64,000 nt of DNA. Source: an uncultured Chloroherpeton sp. Its GTDB lineage: Bacteria; Bacteroidota; Ignavibacteria; Kapaibacteriales; UBA2268. The stretch covers positions 101,180 to 165,179 of the forward strand of contig CAZCNL010000005.1 of NCBI GenBank assembly GCA_964500435.1. Reading direction: 5' to 3'. The translations under genes were made by a program, and so were the position numbers. Positions 1-10,093 of the stretch are shown here, in pieces. The notes under the pieces are model-generated. The model was not told the origin of the DNA, searched no databases, and saw only the letters and a list, made by a program, of their open reading frames with translations. Every line of letters starts with the position of its first letter. The first letter of the stretch is position 1.

Positions 1-620
1 TTCTTTAATTTTTCGATATATTCATTTATTGCATAAAAAAACACATCGAATGCATCAACAGGATTTGGAATAATTTTATCTATAGATTCGAATTTCGGTT
101 TTTCTTTTTCAATTTCTATTAAAGCTTTATGAATTGAATATAACGACTCTATTTTGTCTTTCATTAAATTTAATTGCTCTTCAGTGCTTGAAATTGTATC
201 ATTTAATTTATTTACAAATTCATTACGAATACTTTCAATAGAATTAACTTTTTCGTCAATTATTTTTTCTTCTAACTCCTTTATTCTATTTACTTTTGGA
301 ACCATCATTTTTTTAATATTATCGATATTTACCTGAGCTGTACGCCACTGTATTTCAATATCTTTTAATGCATTTAAATCTTTTGCAGTATCGCTACTTT
401 TTGCCTTTATTGAATTTGTAATTTTTTCTGTTAATGCTATTTCCTGGTCAATTCTTTCTTGCAATTTTTCTAATTCTTTTTCTAATTTTTCTCTTTCTTT
501 CGTATAATCTTGAAAGTTAGGAGTTTCGAATGTAAACTCTGCAAAAAGAGTAAAATCCCATAAAGAGTTATCCTTATTAGTCGGGACTAAATATTTAAAT
601 TCATTTTCGTTAATTTCCAT
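1..620 (-). CDS. hypothetical coiled-coil protein, partial (C-terminus lies beyond the window start)
   Basis: The reverse-strand frame runs stop-free from the ATG at 620-618 to the window edge, more than 200 codons in AT-rich DNA. The product is K/E-rich with heptad-like runs (EKEKLEKELEKLQERIDQE...). It is missing from the supplied ORF track, probably because it has no stop inside the window. Confidence 0.5.
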   Translation of the reverse strand, partial: MEINENEFKYLVPTNKDNSLWDFTLFAEFTFETPNFQDYTKEREKLEKELEKLQERIDQEIALTEKITNSIKAKSSDTAKDLNALKDIEIQWRTAQVNIDNIKKMMVPKVNRIKELEEKIIDEKVNSIESIRNEFVNKLNDTISSTEEQLNLMKDKIESLYSIHKALIEIEKEKPKFESIDKIIPNPVDAFDVFFYAINEYIEKLK

Positions 621-693
621 AACTACTTTTTTCGTAATTTTAAATTTTATTAAGTTAAAAATAAGAAAAATTATGAAATTATAAATATTTAAG

Positions 694-1905
694 GTGAAAA
701 AAATGAAAGAAAATCCAGCAAGAAAAATTCAAGATTATCAAGTTTTTGGAGAATTTGGCGAAGTAAACCCATCAATTTCCGATGGTGCTACATTTACATT
801 TATGACAGCTGAAAAAATGACCGAATTATTTCATCAAGAAGTTGAAGGTTGCTTTCTTTATTCACGACATTTAAACCCAAGCGATTATTATCTCGGTCAA
901 GCACTTGCGGCGATGGAAGGCACTGAAACCGCACAAGTTATGGGAAGTGGAATGGGAGCAATAACTTCGACTATAACTCAATTAGTATCCACAGGCGATG
1001 AAATCATTTCAAGTCGCACAATTTACGGCGGCTCTTATGCTTTTTTGAAGAACTTTTTGCCTAAATTTGGTGTTAAAACCCATTTTGTTGATATTACAAA
1101 TTTAGATAAAATTAAAAGTTTAATCAACGACAAGACAAAAATTTTATATTGCGAAACTGTTAGTAATCCTTTACTCGAAGTTGCAAACTTGCCAGAATTA
1201 AAGAAAATTGCAGCTGAACATAATATCAAACTTGTTGTTGATAATACTTTCACACCAATGATTTTCAGACCTTATCAATTAGGTGCAGATATCGTTGTTT
1301 ATAGCCTTACAAAATATGCTAATGGAATGAATGATGCTGTCGCTGGTGCTGTATGCTCAAACCATGATTTCATTGCAAGTTTACGAAGTGTTAATGATGG
1401 TGCAGCTATGTTACTCGGTCCCGTTCTCGACCCAATCAGAGCTTCGATGATTTTGAAAAATTTACATACATTACATATAAGAATTAAACAACACAGCAAA
1501 AATGCAATGTTCATTGCTGAAAATCTTGAAAAATTAGGCTTGAAAGTATTTTATCCAGGATTGCCATCTCATCCACAACACGAATTACACAAACAAATGA
1601 TGGACGATAGATACGGCTTCGGCGGTATGATTACTTTTGATGCAAAAGACCAAGATACAGCACAACGTTTGATGGAAGCAATGCAATTAAACAAAGTTGG
1701 TTATTTTGCTGTTAGCTTGGGATTTTACAAAACGTTATTTAGTTCGCCCGGTTCATCCACTTCAAGTGAAATTCCAGAAGAAGAACAAATAGAAATGGGA
1801 ATGAGCCCCGGATTAGTCCGTTTCTCCGTTGGTCTTGATGATGATATCGAAGAAACATTCGCACGCATCAAAAAATCAATGATTGAAGTAGGATTAATAA
1901 AATAA
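694..1905 (+). CDS. PLP-dependent Cys/Met-metabolism enzyme, methionine gamma-lyase / cystathionine gamma-synthase family
   Basis: 403 aa. The SLTKYANGMND lysine context matches the PLP lysine of the Cys_Met_Meta_PP family, and the GxGMGAI region is typical. Length and fold fit the gamma-family transsulfuration enzymes. Confidence 0.8.
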   Translation: MKKMKENPARKIQDYQVFGEFGEVNPSISDGATFTFMTAEKMTELFHQEVEGCFLYSRHLNPSDYYLGQALAAMEGTETAQVMGSGMGAITSTITQLVSTGDEIISSRTIYGGSYAFLKNFLPKFGVKTHFVDITNLDKIKSLINDKTKILYCETVSNPLLEVANLPELKKIAAEHNIKLVVDNTFTPMIFRPYQLGADIVVYSLTKYANGMNDAVAGAVCSNHDFIASLRSVNDGAAMLLGPVLDPIRASMILKNLHTLHIRIKQHSKNAMFIAENLEKLGLKVFYPGLPSHPQHELHKQMMDDRYGFGGMITFDAKDQDTAQRLMEAMQLNKVGYFAVSLGFYKTLFSSPGSSTSSEIPEEEQIEMGMSPGLVRFSVGLDDDIEETFARIKKSMIEVGLIK

Positions 1906-2009
1906 GTAAATTAATTTTAATAATATTTTATAAATTAATATAATTTTTTAATTTCGAATAATATTTAAATTAAACAAGCATAAAATTTTAAATACACAAG
2001 GAAGATTAT

Positions 2010-3407
2010 ATGACAGAAACAATGACGAAGAAACTAAACGACTCAAAGGCTGCAAGGTGGACAGCTTTAGCTATAGTCTCGTTTACGATGTTCGCAGGAT
2101 ATTATCTTGCTGATGTCTTAGCACCATTGCAAGGACTTTTAGAAAACAAATTAGGTTGGTCCAGCTCAGAGTATGGATTTGTTACAAGCGCCTATGGATG
2201 GTTCAATGTATTTTTATTCTTCTTAATCATCGGAGGAATAATATTAGACAAAATGGGTGTACGATTCACTGGATTGGGCGCCTCAATTGTAATGGTCATT
2301 GGTACTGCAATAAAATATTGGGCAGTTTCGACCCATTCGCTTGATGGAATAAATTGGCATATAATTTGGTTCGACGTTAAAGCACAAGTAATGTTAGCCG
2401 CTTTGGGCTATGCTATTTTTGGTGTTGGTGTCGAAGTTGCCGGAATAACCGTTTCAAAAATTATTGTTAAATGGTTCAAAGGTCACGAACTTGCTCTCGC
2501 TATGGGTTTGCAATTAGCAGTAGCAAGAATTGGAACGGCACTTGCTATTTCAACCTCTTTGCCCATTGCTTTAGCTTTCAATAATGTTTCAACACCGATT
2601 TTATTTTGCTTAATAATGCTTGTTATTGGCTTCCTCGCTTTCTTTTTGTACACTTTTAGCGACAAAAAATTAGACAAAAGCATTGCAGCTCATAACGAAG
2701 AAAATCAAGTAGCCGCCGAAGAAGAATTTAAAATAAAAGATATATTTAATATCATCACAAACAAAGGTTGGTGGTATATCGCAATTTTATGTGTTTTATT
2801 CTACTCAGCAGTTTTCCCCTTTTTAAAATATGCAACCCTTTTAATGGTAAATAAATTTGGAGTTTCAGAATATTGGGCAGGTTCAATCCCAAGCCTTTTA
2901 CCTTTTGGCACAATACTTTTGACACCGCTTTTTGGTGGAATATACGATAAAAAAGGAAAAGGAGCGACAATAATGATAATCGGCGCTTTGCTAATTATCT
3001 TTGTGCACGCAATGTTCTCAATTCCATTTTTAAACAGTTACTTCATTGCCATAGCGTTAATATTAATTTTAGGAATAGGCTTTTCATTGGTACCTTCTGC
3101 AATGTGGCCATCTGTACCCAAAATTATACCAGACAGACAACTCGGAACAGCCTATTCTCTTATTTTTTGGGTACAAAATTGGGGATTGATGGGTGTTCCG
3201 TATTTAATTGGTTGGGTTTTAGAAAAATATTGCATCACAGGAACAAAAGTAATCGATGGAGTTCAATCCACGACTTATGATTACACGTTGCCAATGTTAA
3301 TATTTACTTCATTCGGTGTTCTTGCTTTAATATTTGCTTTCCTTTTAAAAGCTGAAGATAAGAAAAAAGGCTATGGTTTGGAATTACCTAATATAACAAA
3401 GGAATAG
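2010..3407 (+). CDS. MFS-type transporter
   Basis: 465 aa with about 12 hydrophobic helices. It is a paralog of the ORF at 34208-35623 (shared N-terminal YxxDVLxPLxxLL motif). Confidence 0.7.
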   Translation: MTETMTKKLNDSKAARWTALAIVSFTMFAGYYLADVLAPLQGLLENKLGWSSSEYGFVTSAYGWFNVFLFFLIIGGIILDKMGVRFTGLGASIVMVIGTAIKYWAVSTHSLDGINWHIIWFDVKAQVMLAALGYAIFGVGVEVAGITVSKIIVKWFKGHELALAMGLQLAVARIGTALAISTSLPIALAFNNVSTPILFCLIMLVIGFLAFFLYTFSDKKLDKSIAAHNEENQVAAEEEFKIKDIFNIITNKGWWYIAILCVLFYSAVFPFLKYATLLMVNKFGVSEYWAGSIPSLLPFGTILLTPLFGGIYDKKGKGATIMIIGALLIIFVHAMFSIPFLNSYFIAIALILILGIGFSLVPSAMWPSVPKIIPDRQLGTAYSLIFWVQNWGLMGVPYLIGWVLEKYCITGTKVIDGVQSTTYDYTLPMLIFTSFGVLALIFAFLLKAEDKKKGYGLELPNITKE

Positions 3408-3430
3408 ATACAATCATTTTGATAAATCAG

Positions 3431-3468
3431 TAAAAAAAGCCTCGCAAAAAAGAGGCTTTTTTTTTCTC
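3431..3468. terminator. bidirectional rho-independent terminator between convergent genes
   Basis: aaaaaaGCCTCgcaaaaaaGAGGCttttttttt: a GC stem flanked by an A-run and a T-run. Confidence 0.7.
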
Positions 3469-3509
3469 ATTTCCTTTTTAATCCACCCCGTCATTGCGAG
3501 CGAAGTAAT

Positions 3510-4850
3510 CTAAATCTTTATAAATTTCTTTACTTTTTCATTATCAATTTTCAAAAAATATATTCCAGCGGGAAGGGTCGAAACATCGATTTCATTTGAA
3601 ATATTACCTTTTAATAGTGAAATACCTAATTGATTTATAATCTCGAACGATTTAAATCTCTCATTAATATTATGTAAATATATATTACCATTTGATGGAT
3701 TGGGGCATAAGATAAAATCGTCAATATCTTCTTTCCTTTCATTTATCGAATTAACTTGTTCATTAAATTCATAAATTTTAACATCTGAAATTACTAAATA
3801 TTTTTCACCTTCAATTATAGGGCTATAACCCATAAGAGCTAATGGAACACCTTTTTTCAAATTTATATGATTTATTATCCAACTTTCTCCAAAATCCTTG
3901 GATTCTATTAATTCATAATTATCATTAAATGCTCTCAAAATATTGTTATTGTTATAATAAAAATAATTGTCATAAAATCCTCCAAATAACGAAAACTCAG
4001 ATATTTTCTGCCATGTATCTCCACCATCTTTAGTTTGATAATAAGATAATTTCCTTTTTAAACTATCATTTTCAATAAAATCCGTCCCTGAAACTTCAAT
4101 AATTCCATTTTTTTCATCCTTAAAAATTAAATTAGATATGACGTATAAATGAGCATTTGTTGAATCTTTAATAACTTCAGTAGTTTGAATTTCGTTAGTC
4201 AATAAATTAATTTTAATAAAATCCTTATAAGAAGAAGTATATAAAATATCATTCGATATTACTAAAAGTCTCTTATCAGCAAATGATAACGGCAGAATAA
4301 TTTTTGATTTGAACCACGTATTTCCTCTATCTTCTGAGATAAAAATGTAAGATGTACCTCCCCGACAGTAAGCATATAAAAACAATTTATTTATGTTATT
4401 TTCATTATAATATAGATTTGTCTCTATATAGTTTGTAACCACACTATCATATATATTAACTTGTTTCCATTCACCACGAATTCCATTATTATTTTCAAAC
4501 AGAACCACAGAGCCATTAATTGTTCCACTTAAAATTATTTTGCCGTTGATATATATACCGGATGTTATTCCTAGTTTAATATTTGCAAAATATTTATTAT
4601 AATCATTCGAATCTAAATATGTTCGATATCCACTAGGATAATTATAAAGGATAAATATACTATTAGAAAATGGAATTTTGTTAATAATGAAATATTCATC
4701 ACTATAAGTTCTTAAAATAATGGCTGGTCTCAAAAATGCATAATGTGATAAGGTATCAATAAGTTTAAAATGTTCATTTGAATCAGCAAAAATTAATGTT
4801 TTTGATATAAATAATAACGTTAAGATAAAAATTAAATTGATTTTTTTCAT
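3510..4850 (-). CDS. BNR/Asp-box repeat protein with T9SS C-terminal sorting domain
   Basis: N-terminal signal peptide. Asp-box repeats SxDxGxTW (SEDRGNTW, TKDGGDTW, SKDFGESW). The C-terminal ~80 aa carries a CPNPSNG...IYFLKI Por_Secre_tail-like motif. Confidence 0.7.
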   Translation of the reverse strand: MKKINLIFILTLLFISKTLIFADSNEHFKLIDTLSHYAFLRPAIILRTYSDEYFIINKIPFSNSIFILYNYPSGYRTYLDSNDYNKYFANIKLGITSGIYINGKIILSGTINGSVVLFENNNGIRGEWKQVNIYDSVVTNYIETNLYYNENNINKLFLYAYCRGGTSYIFISEDRGNTWFKSKIILPLSFADKRLLVISNDILYTSSYKDFIKINLLTNEIQTTEVIKDSTNAHLYVISNLIFKDEKNGIIEVSGTDFIENDSLKRKLSYYQTKDGGDTWQKISEFSLFGGFYDNYFYYNNNNILRAFNDNYELIESKDFGESWIINHINLKKGVPLALMGYSPIIEGEKYLVISDVKIYEFNEQVNSINERKEDIDDFILCPNPSNGNIYLHNINERFKSFEIINQLGISLLKGNISNEIDVSTLPAGIYFLKIDNEKVKKFIKI

Positions 4851-4915
4851 ATTTGCACCTTTAATATCATATAGGTCGTATGATTTTTTTATAAATCAAA
4901 CGACCCGTTTAAAAA

Positions 4916-5842
4916 TTAATTAACAATAAATTTACCAAAATCAATAACTTTGTTATTTCTTGTTATCTTATAATAATAAAAACCAGGAGGATAATTATCA
5001 ATTGATATTTTTATAACTTTTTGATTTGTGGTAATGATATTTTTGATTTCTTTAATTAGTGTACCTTCAATTGTATGAATTCTAATTGATATAATTTCAT
5101 TATTATTGAAATTATTTAGTTCTAAATCAAAATTTCCGTTATTCGGATTTGGTATTACCTGTGAATAAACAAAAGAGTTAAATCCTTTAACTGAAAATAT
5201 CAAAGGAGGCGGTGGTGGTTCATGAGCTGAATCACAAGTAAACCAACACGGCGTTGTCCATTTATCACAACCATCAAACGGATGTCCTGGTTGAAACAAT
5301 TTGCGTAATAATTTAACTGAATCAATATTATAATAATCATTTGCATAAAGAGCATACTGTTCCCAACAGCAATTATCATCAGGCAAACATCCTCTGATTT
5401 TGTAAACCTGATCGATTTCATCCCACCATTCTCCCCAACATGATGTTTGAAAAACCCTCCATAAAGTATCATATTGTGGCTTTTGATGGTTAAGCAATTT
5501 ATTATTTGTAAGTAAATGTTTTATTGCTTTTTTATAAATTTCTTGCTTTGAATAGCATAAATCACAACCTGGTGAGGATTCTACGAAACGTAATTGTAAG
5601 TCCTTTGTGTATATTGCTGCTGCTAAATCTTTACAAGTGTCATCTATAAGACGATACCAATATTCATATGAAATATAACAATTAGGGCAAAGAGAATCAG
5701 TAAAGCTTCCTACTTCAGTATCAATCGACCATTTTACATTCCAACAATCGGTACATGGTGGTTTATCTGGTTGTGATATCAAATTAATAGATAATAATTC
5801 AAAAATTATTAAATATATTGCAATTAAATATTTTTTGTTCAT
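4916..5842 (-). CDS. Cys/Trp-rich secreted protein with T9SS C-terminal sorting domain
   Basis: Signal peptide, more than 20 Cys and many Trp/Tyr in the mature part, a PPPPP linker, then a CTD (IPNPNNGNFDLEL...GFYYYKI). It is preceded, in its own orientation, by copy 1 of the conserved leader element. Confidence 0.6.
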   Translation of the reverse strand: MNKKYLIAIYLIIFELLSINLISQPDKPPCTDCWNVKWSIDTEVGSFTDSLCPNCYISYEYWYRLIDDTCKDLAAAIYTKDLQLRFVESSPGCDLCYSKQEIYKKAIKHLLTNNKLLNHQKPQYDTLWRVFQTSCWGEWWDEIDQVYKIRGCLPDDNCCWEQYALYANDYYNIDSVKLLRKLFQPGHPFDGCDKWTTPCWFTCDSAHEPPPPPLIFSVKGFNSFVYSQVIPNPNNGNFDLELNNFNNNEIISIRIHTIEGTLIKEIKNIITTNQKVIKISIDNYPPGFYYYKITRNNKVIDFGKFIVN

Positions 5843-5899
5843 TTGTTTTTTCCTTATTTTATTTTTACATTTTTTTTGATAAGATTAATTTTTTTTCGC

Positions 5900-6260
5900 T
5901 CTATTTAAGCATCAAGGGAATTTTTGCTTGTGGTAACAACTCTATTCCAAATCGCTACAAAGCTGTGCGGAACTACCACGCCTCCCGCAATTGCTTTGTA
6001 GCACTGTCGCAATGAATTTCCACTCGCAGTTGTAAATAAATAATTTCTCTCGGCAAAATTTATTTGAACAAAATAATTTTTCTTTCTTTGGAAAATTTGA
6101 ATATATCGCAGTTTCAATACAATAAAAATATTTTTGAAGCGTCCATATAAAGCCATAAAGCCATAAAGCCATAAAGCCATAAAGCCATAAAGCCCATCCT
6201 ATGCCCTTTTTCGCATTTCCCGCCTCTCCAATATTTTTATTTCCTTCTTTCATTTATTTT
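5900..6260 (-). repeat. conserved ~350-bp leader element, copy 1 (reverse orientation), containing a 6x octamer tandem repeat
   Basis: Its reverse complement aligns over ~250 bp with 56800-57180 and 62470-62860. The shared core is GGCATAGGATGGGC(TTTATGGC)n...TTGCATTGAAACTGCGATTTATTCAAATTTTCCAAAGAAAGAAAAATTACTTTGTTCAAATAAATTTTGCCGAAAAAAATTATTTATTTACAACTGCGAGTGGAAATTCATTGCG. Confidence 0.8.
6147..6194. repeat. tandem octamer repeat (ATAAAGCC)x6 inside leader copy 1
   Basis: Six perfect 8-nt units by direct reading. The equivalent position holds 3 units at 56898-56921 and 2 units at 62571-62586. Confidence 0.9.
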
Positions 6261-6330
6261 TTTATTTACATTTTATATTTTTTCTAATTTAACAAATTCT
6301 TTATATATATAACAAGTGAACAGCAAAAAA

Positions 6331-6462
6331 ATTACATTCAGATGCAAAAAAATTTTTCAACCCGTCATTGCGAGCGAAGCGAAGCAATCCCTTGCTTTCC
6401 TGGGATTGCTTCGTCAACTTTGTCTCCTGGCAATGACGTCATCGTATTTTCCCGTGTTATTT
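6331..6462 (-). repeat. nested-palindrome MITE-like element, copy B
   Basis: attacattcagatgcaaaaaaa...GTCATTGCGAGCGAAGCGAAGCAATCCC...GGGATTGCTTCG...GCAATGAC. The outer arms GTCATTGCGAG/CTCGCAATGAC and the inner arms GAAGCAATCC/GGATTGCTTC are inverted repeats. The same family occurs at 52019-52162, 56629-56760, 60319-60460 and 62307-62440, with a fragment at 3486-3510. Confidence 0.8.
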
Positions 6463-6469
6463 TGGTATA

Positions 6470-6512
6470 AAAAAAGTCCGATATTTTACTTGTATCGGAC
6501 TTAATTTTTTTT
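6470..6512. terminator. bidirectional rho-independent terminator
   Basis: aaaaaaAGTCCGATAttttacttgTATCGGACTtaattttttttt. Confidence 0.7.
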
Positions 6513-6526
6513 TCATTAAATGTATT

Positions 6527-8590
6527 TTATTTTACTTTTGTTAATGCTTCTTTGACTGATTCCAAGATTGGTTTGACCGAAATTTTATCTCCAACCGCTC
6601 CTTTCATCCAAATTTCTGGCACAAGTCGTCCTTGCGATAGCATACGTGTCATTTCGCTCCCAATGTTTTTCCCTTTTATATATTTTTCGATTTGAAATTC
6701 TACTATATGACCAATTGGATATGCGGGTAAATAAAGTGGGTAATCTATCATATGTGAATAAATTGCAAGTATTGGTTCATCTTTAATTTTGAAAACAGGT
6801 GCATAATATTGATTCCATACTTCTTTTGCTATTGCAATTACTTGATTTTTGAGCTCTTCACTATTTGCATTTGGATTTTTATAAAGCCAATTCCATACTT
6901 TCATATCTACAAGCGAGACACCCATTATTTCGTACATCGACCAAAAACTATCTAAAATTTTTAAATCTTCAATATTTTCATTGTTATTTTTTAATCCTAA
7001 TAAATCCAAATCTCGTGATTGGAATATGAACGCCCAAGTTTCAGTAAAAGCTGTGTTTGGTACACCTTTCATTGAATAATAATCTACATCGTGCAAAGTT
7101 ATTGTTTGTTCTGTATTATGACCTAATTCATGCACAGCAATGTTATAGCCTTTGTAATCCATACCATCTTTGCCTACTCGGGTGCGAAGACGAGATTTTT
7201 GTGAATGCATTTCTGCTCCCCAAGCGTGTCCTGCTCCTCTTGCGGGGTCGACCTGAATTTTGCTTGCAATGAACTCGGCTTTATCTTTGCTAAAACCTAA
7301 TTTTGAATATATATTAACAATATCTTTTTCAAAGGCATCTTTATTTGGATATTTCTTTTTAGTTAATTTATCTAATTCAGCAGGGTCAATGTTGCTTCGT
7401 GATTTAAATCCATCGTACCAAATATCGAAGGCTTTCAATGGTCTTCCTAATCTTTTTGATATCAATTCTCCCACTTGATTTGCCAACGGTGAACTTACTA
7501 ATTCTACAAATAATGCTTCTACTTTCTTTTCTGGTATTTCCAAATCATGTTCGAACGTTCTATCTATTGCAGTTGGAAATGTTGGATTATATTTATCTAA
7601 TTGCCGTTGTGCTAAAAAGTTATTAAGCATAGTTTGGTACCTTGTATTTGGTTCGGGTGTAAATTTTACTTCTTTCCCGTTTTTGTAAATTTTGTTGACA
7701 GTCGGGTCCCATTGATATTCATTTTTGTTTATCACTTCTTCGGGAATTGTTTGTGTTATAATTCTTTTCATTACATCGTAAAGAAGCTCTTGCTTTTCCA
7801 ATCCATCAGTTTTATTTGTATATTGCGATTTTATTTCATCTCTTAAATTCCAATGTGTAATAAGTTTCATATCTTTTGGGAAAAATGTCTTCATATTTTT
7901 GTCAACTAATTCGCCAACATAAATATTATAGTTAGAAATGTAATTATCTGCATCTGTCAAAGCATTGGCTACATTTTGGAGAACTTCAGCTGGCACTCTG
8001 GAAGTAAAAGCATCGCCCATTCTGGCATATGCCCATTGTTTACGAGTCCAATTTTGACCAAGATTTTCTTTTTCTTCTAATGTATAAAATGGGAAATTTA
8101 ATTTGACAATAAATGCTATTTTATTTGCATAAAAATCTTCTGAAATATGTGCGGCTGGATCGTAACTCCCGAAAATTAGATCTAAATCATTAATATCTCC
8201 TATATCTAAATGCAATTTTGCTTTTAAATCTAAATTAATTGCATTCATATTCCCAGCTATTGACTCTAAATTGTTCTGTAACGTTACAAAGAAATCTTCT
8301 AATTTCTTTTCATCAGTGACAAAGTAATCATTGCAAAATTTAACAAATTCTTCTTCACTTCCATCTTTCTGTGTCCAAAGTGCAGCTGTTTGACTTACTG
8401 CTTTTGTTATTCTTTCTTGAGATTCATTAGGATATTTTTGCTTTAAATTATTTATCACTTTTTCAATTGTTGCTTTTGAGATATTTGACATTTCTGCGTT
8501 TTCTGTGTTGTTCATTTCTTTTTTTCCTTGATTATTGCAAGAAAATAATAGGACACTTATTCCTAAAAATAAAACCACTAAATATTTCAT
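6527..8590 (-). CDS. zinc metallopeptidase (HEXXH...E gluzincin type), probable lipoprotein
   Basis: 687 aa. The signal peptide has a lipobox-like LLFSC. HELGH is followed about 20 aa later by a TE, consistent with the third Zn ligand. I cannot assign it to a specific MEROPS family. Confidence 0.6.
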   Translation of the reverse strand: MKYLVVLFLGISVLLFSCNNQGKKEMNNTENAEMSNISKATIEKVINNLKQKYPNESQERITKAVSQTAALWTQKDGSEEEFVKFCNDYFVTDEKKLEDFFVTLQNNLESIAGNMNAINLDLKAKLHLDIGDINDLDLIFGSYDPAAHISEDFYANKIAFIVKLNFPFYTLEEKENLGQNWTRKQWAYARMGDAFTSRVPAEVLQNVANALTDADNYISNYNIYVGELVDKNMKTFFPKDMKLITHWNLRDEIKSQYTNKTDGLEKQELLYDVMKRIITQTIPEEVINKNEYQWDPTVNKIYKNGKEVKFTPEPNTRYQTMLNNFLAQRQLDKYNPTFPTAIDRTFEHDLEIPEKKVEALFVELVSSPLANQVGELISKRLGRPLKAFDIWYDGFKSRSNIDPAELDKLTKKKYPNKDAFEKDIVNIYSKLGFSKDKAEFIASKIQVDPARGAGHAWGAEMHSQKSRLRTRVGKDGMDYKGYNIAVHELGHNTEQTITLHDVDYYSMKGVPNTAFTETWAFIFQSRDLDLLGLKNNNENIEDLKILDSFWSMYEIMGVSLVDMKVWNWLYKNPNANSEELKNQVIAIAKEVWNQYYAPVFKIKDEPILAIYSHMIDYPLYLPAYPIGHIVEFQIEKYIKGKNIGSEMTRMLSQGRLVPEIWMKGAVGDKISVKPILESVKEALTKVK

Positions 8591-8617
8591 TTTTAACCTT
8601 TAATTATTTTTAAATTT

Positions 8618-10066
8618 TTATAATTCAATAACTTTAATATAATTACTTTCATTAACATTATTTTCGGATAATCCTGTAACGAAAACTATTAAATCTCCTT
8701 CTTTTGCAATATCTTTACTTTTCAATAATTTAAGAAGAAAATTGTTGGAATTAGCATCATTTCTTTCTCTCATATAACTCAATTCTTCGGGCAATTTATA
8801 AGGAATAACGCCCCAAATTAAATTTAAATAAGCTAAATTAGTTTCATCAGTTGTTAATGCAATAATTGGAATATTAGGTCTATTTTTAGCAATTTTCCTT
8901 GCAGTATAGTCCCATTTTGTAGCAGTAATAATAGCTTTTGCATTAATATTTGCAGCAAGCACGACAGTCGAAACTGCAATAGAATCCGATACATTTGCAG
9001 AACTTAAATGTAAGTTTTGGCTTATATTTCTAAAATTCAGCTTTTTTAATGCTAATGTTTCTGTTTTATAAATTATCTTATGCATAAATTCAACGCTTTC
9101 TACAGGATAATCGCCTACACTTGTTTCTCCGCTTAACATTACTGCATCTGTCCCATCAAGAACTGCATTTGCAACATCGCTTGTTTCTGCTCTTGTTGGA
9201 ATTGGATTTTTTATCATTGATTCCAACATTTGAGTAGCAGTAATTACTGGTTTACCTTCGTTATTTGCTTTTTTGATTAATTCTTTTTGAAGTAAAGGAA
9301 GCTCTTCGAGTGGCATTTCAAGACCGAGGTCGCCACGTGCAACCATTATTCCATCGCTTTCTTTTATGATTTGGTCAATATGTTCGAATGATTCAGCTCT
9401 TTCTATTTTTGCTATAACAGGAACTTGGCGTCCAAATATTTTCATTGCTGTTTTTAGTTCTAAAATATCTTCCGGCTTTTTCACGAATGATAAAGCAACT
9501 AAATCTACGCCATTTTCTAATCCAAATTTTAAATCTTCAATATCCTTTTCGCTTAAAGATGGAGCATTGCTTTTGGAACCTGGAACAATTATTCCTTTAT
9601 TATCTTTTAATATACCACCTTTTATTACTTTGGTTATTATATCATTATTTTGGATATTTATACATTTTAATATAATGTATCCATCATCAAGTAAAATAGT
9701 ATTACCTTTTTTTACTTCATTTATTAAATCTTTATATTTTGTGGATACTTTATTACTATTTCCAAATTCTATTTCATCAGTAGTTATAATAAATTCTTGA
9801 TTTTCTTTAAGTTCTACTTTTCCATTTTCGACTGTACTTGTTCGAATTTTTGGTCCCTGCAAATCTTGCATAATTGCAATTTCAATGCCTTCTTCTTTTT
9901 CAATTGTTTTAACAGCTTCAATTATTTTTTGATGATCTTCTTTTTTGCCATGGGAAAAGTTCAACCGCACAACATCCATACCATGACGTGCCATTTTTCT
10001 AATAATTTCAATATTAGAGCTTGCAGGTCCAATAGTGCATATAATTTTGGTCTTTGCTATTTTCAT
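8618..10066 (-). CDS. pyk: pyruvate kinase
   Basis: 482 aa. The N-terminus KTKIICTIGPAS is canonical, with a barrel plus C-terminal regulatory domain architecture. Confidence 0.9.
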   Translation of the reverse strand: MKIAKTKIICTIGPASSNIEIIRKMARHGMDVVRLNFSHGKKEDHQKIIEAVKTIEKEEGIEIAIMQDLQGPKIRTSTVENGKVELKENQEFIITTDEIEFGNSNKVSTKYKDLINEVKKGNTILLDDGYIILKCINIQNNDIITKVIKGGILKDNKGIIVPGSKSNAPSLSEKDIEDLKFGLENGVDLVALSFVKKPEDILELKTAMKIFGRQVPVIAKIERAESFEHIDQIIKESDGIMVARGDLGLEMPLEELPLLQKELIKKANNEGKPVITATQMLESMIKNPIPTRAETSDVANAVLDGTDAVMLSGETSVGDYPVESVEFMHKIIYKTETLALKKLNFRNISQNLHLSSANVSDSIAVSTVVLAANINAKAIITATKWDYTARKIAKNRPNIPIIALTTDETNLAYLNLIWGVIPYKLPEELSYMRERNDANSNNFLLKLLKSKDIAKEGDLIVFVTGLSENNVNESNYIKVIEL

Positions 10067-10093
10067 TATTTTATTTTATAAACTTGATTTTAT

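Noticed and set aside
154-336. 60-aa plus-strand ORF near the window start
   Set aside because: It is antisense to the long stop-free minus-strand coiled-coil CDS (1-620), and its translation is low complexity.
3407-3510. Scan of all intergenic regions for tRNA, tmRNA or rRNA genes
   Set aside because: No intergenic segment shows the GC-rich cloverleaf stems or conserved T-loop GTTCRANYC motif expected. The only relatively GC-rich intergenic sequences are the palindromic repeat elements.
6147-6194. Possible CRISPR array suggested by short direct repeats
   Set aside because: The 8-nt units are contiguous with no spacers, there are no cas genes, and the same repeat recurs inside a larger conserved element. 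It is a simple tandem repeat, not a CRISPR.
5942-6253. ORFs of 103 aa, 91 aa (5905-6180) and 82 aa (56845-57093) with an ALWLYGFM repeat peptide
   Set aside because: They lie wholly inside the conserved leader element. The repeat peptide is just the translated octamer DNA repeat. The third copy of the element (62470-62860) has an in-frame TGA, so the conservation is at the nucleotide level and not coding.
6316-6504. ORFs of 62 aa (6316-6504) and 93 aa (60257-60538) overlapping the palindromic elements
   Set aside because: They are spurious reading frames through a GC-rich nested palindrome. They differ in strand and frame between copies.
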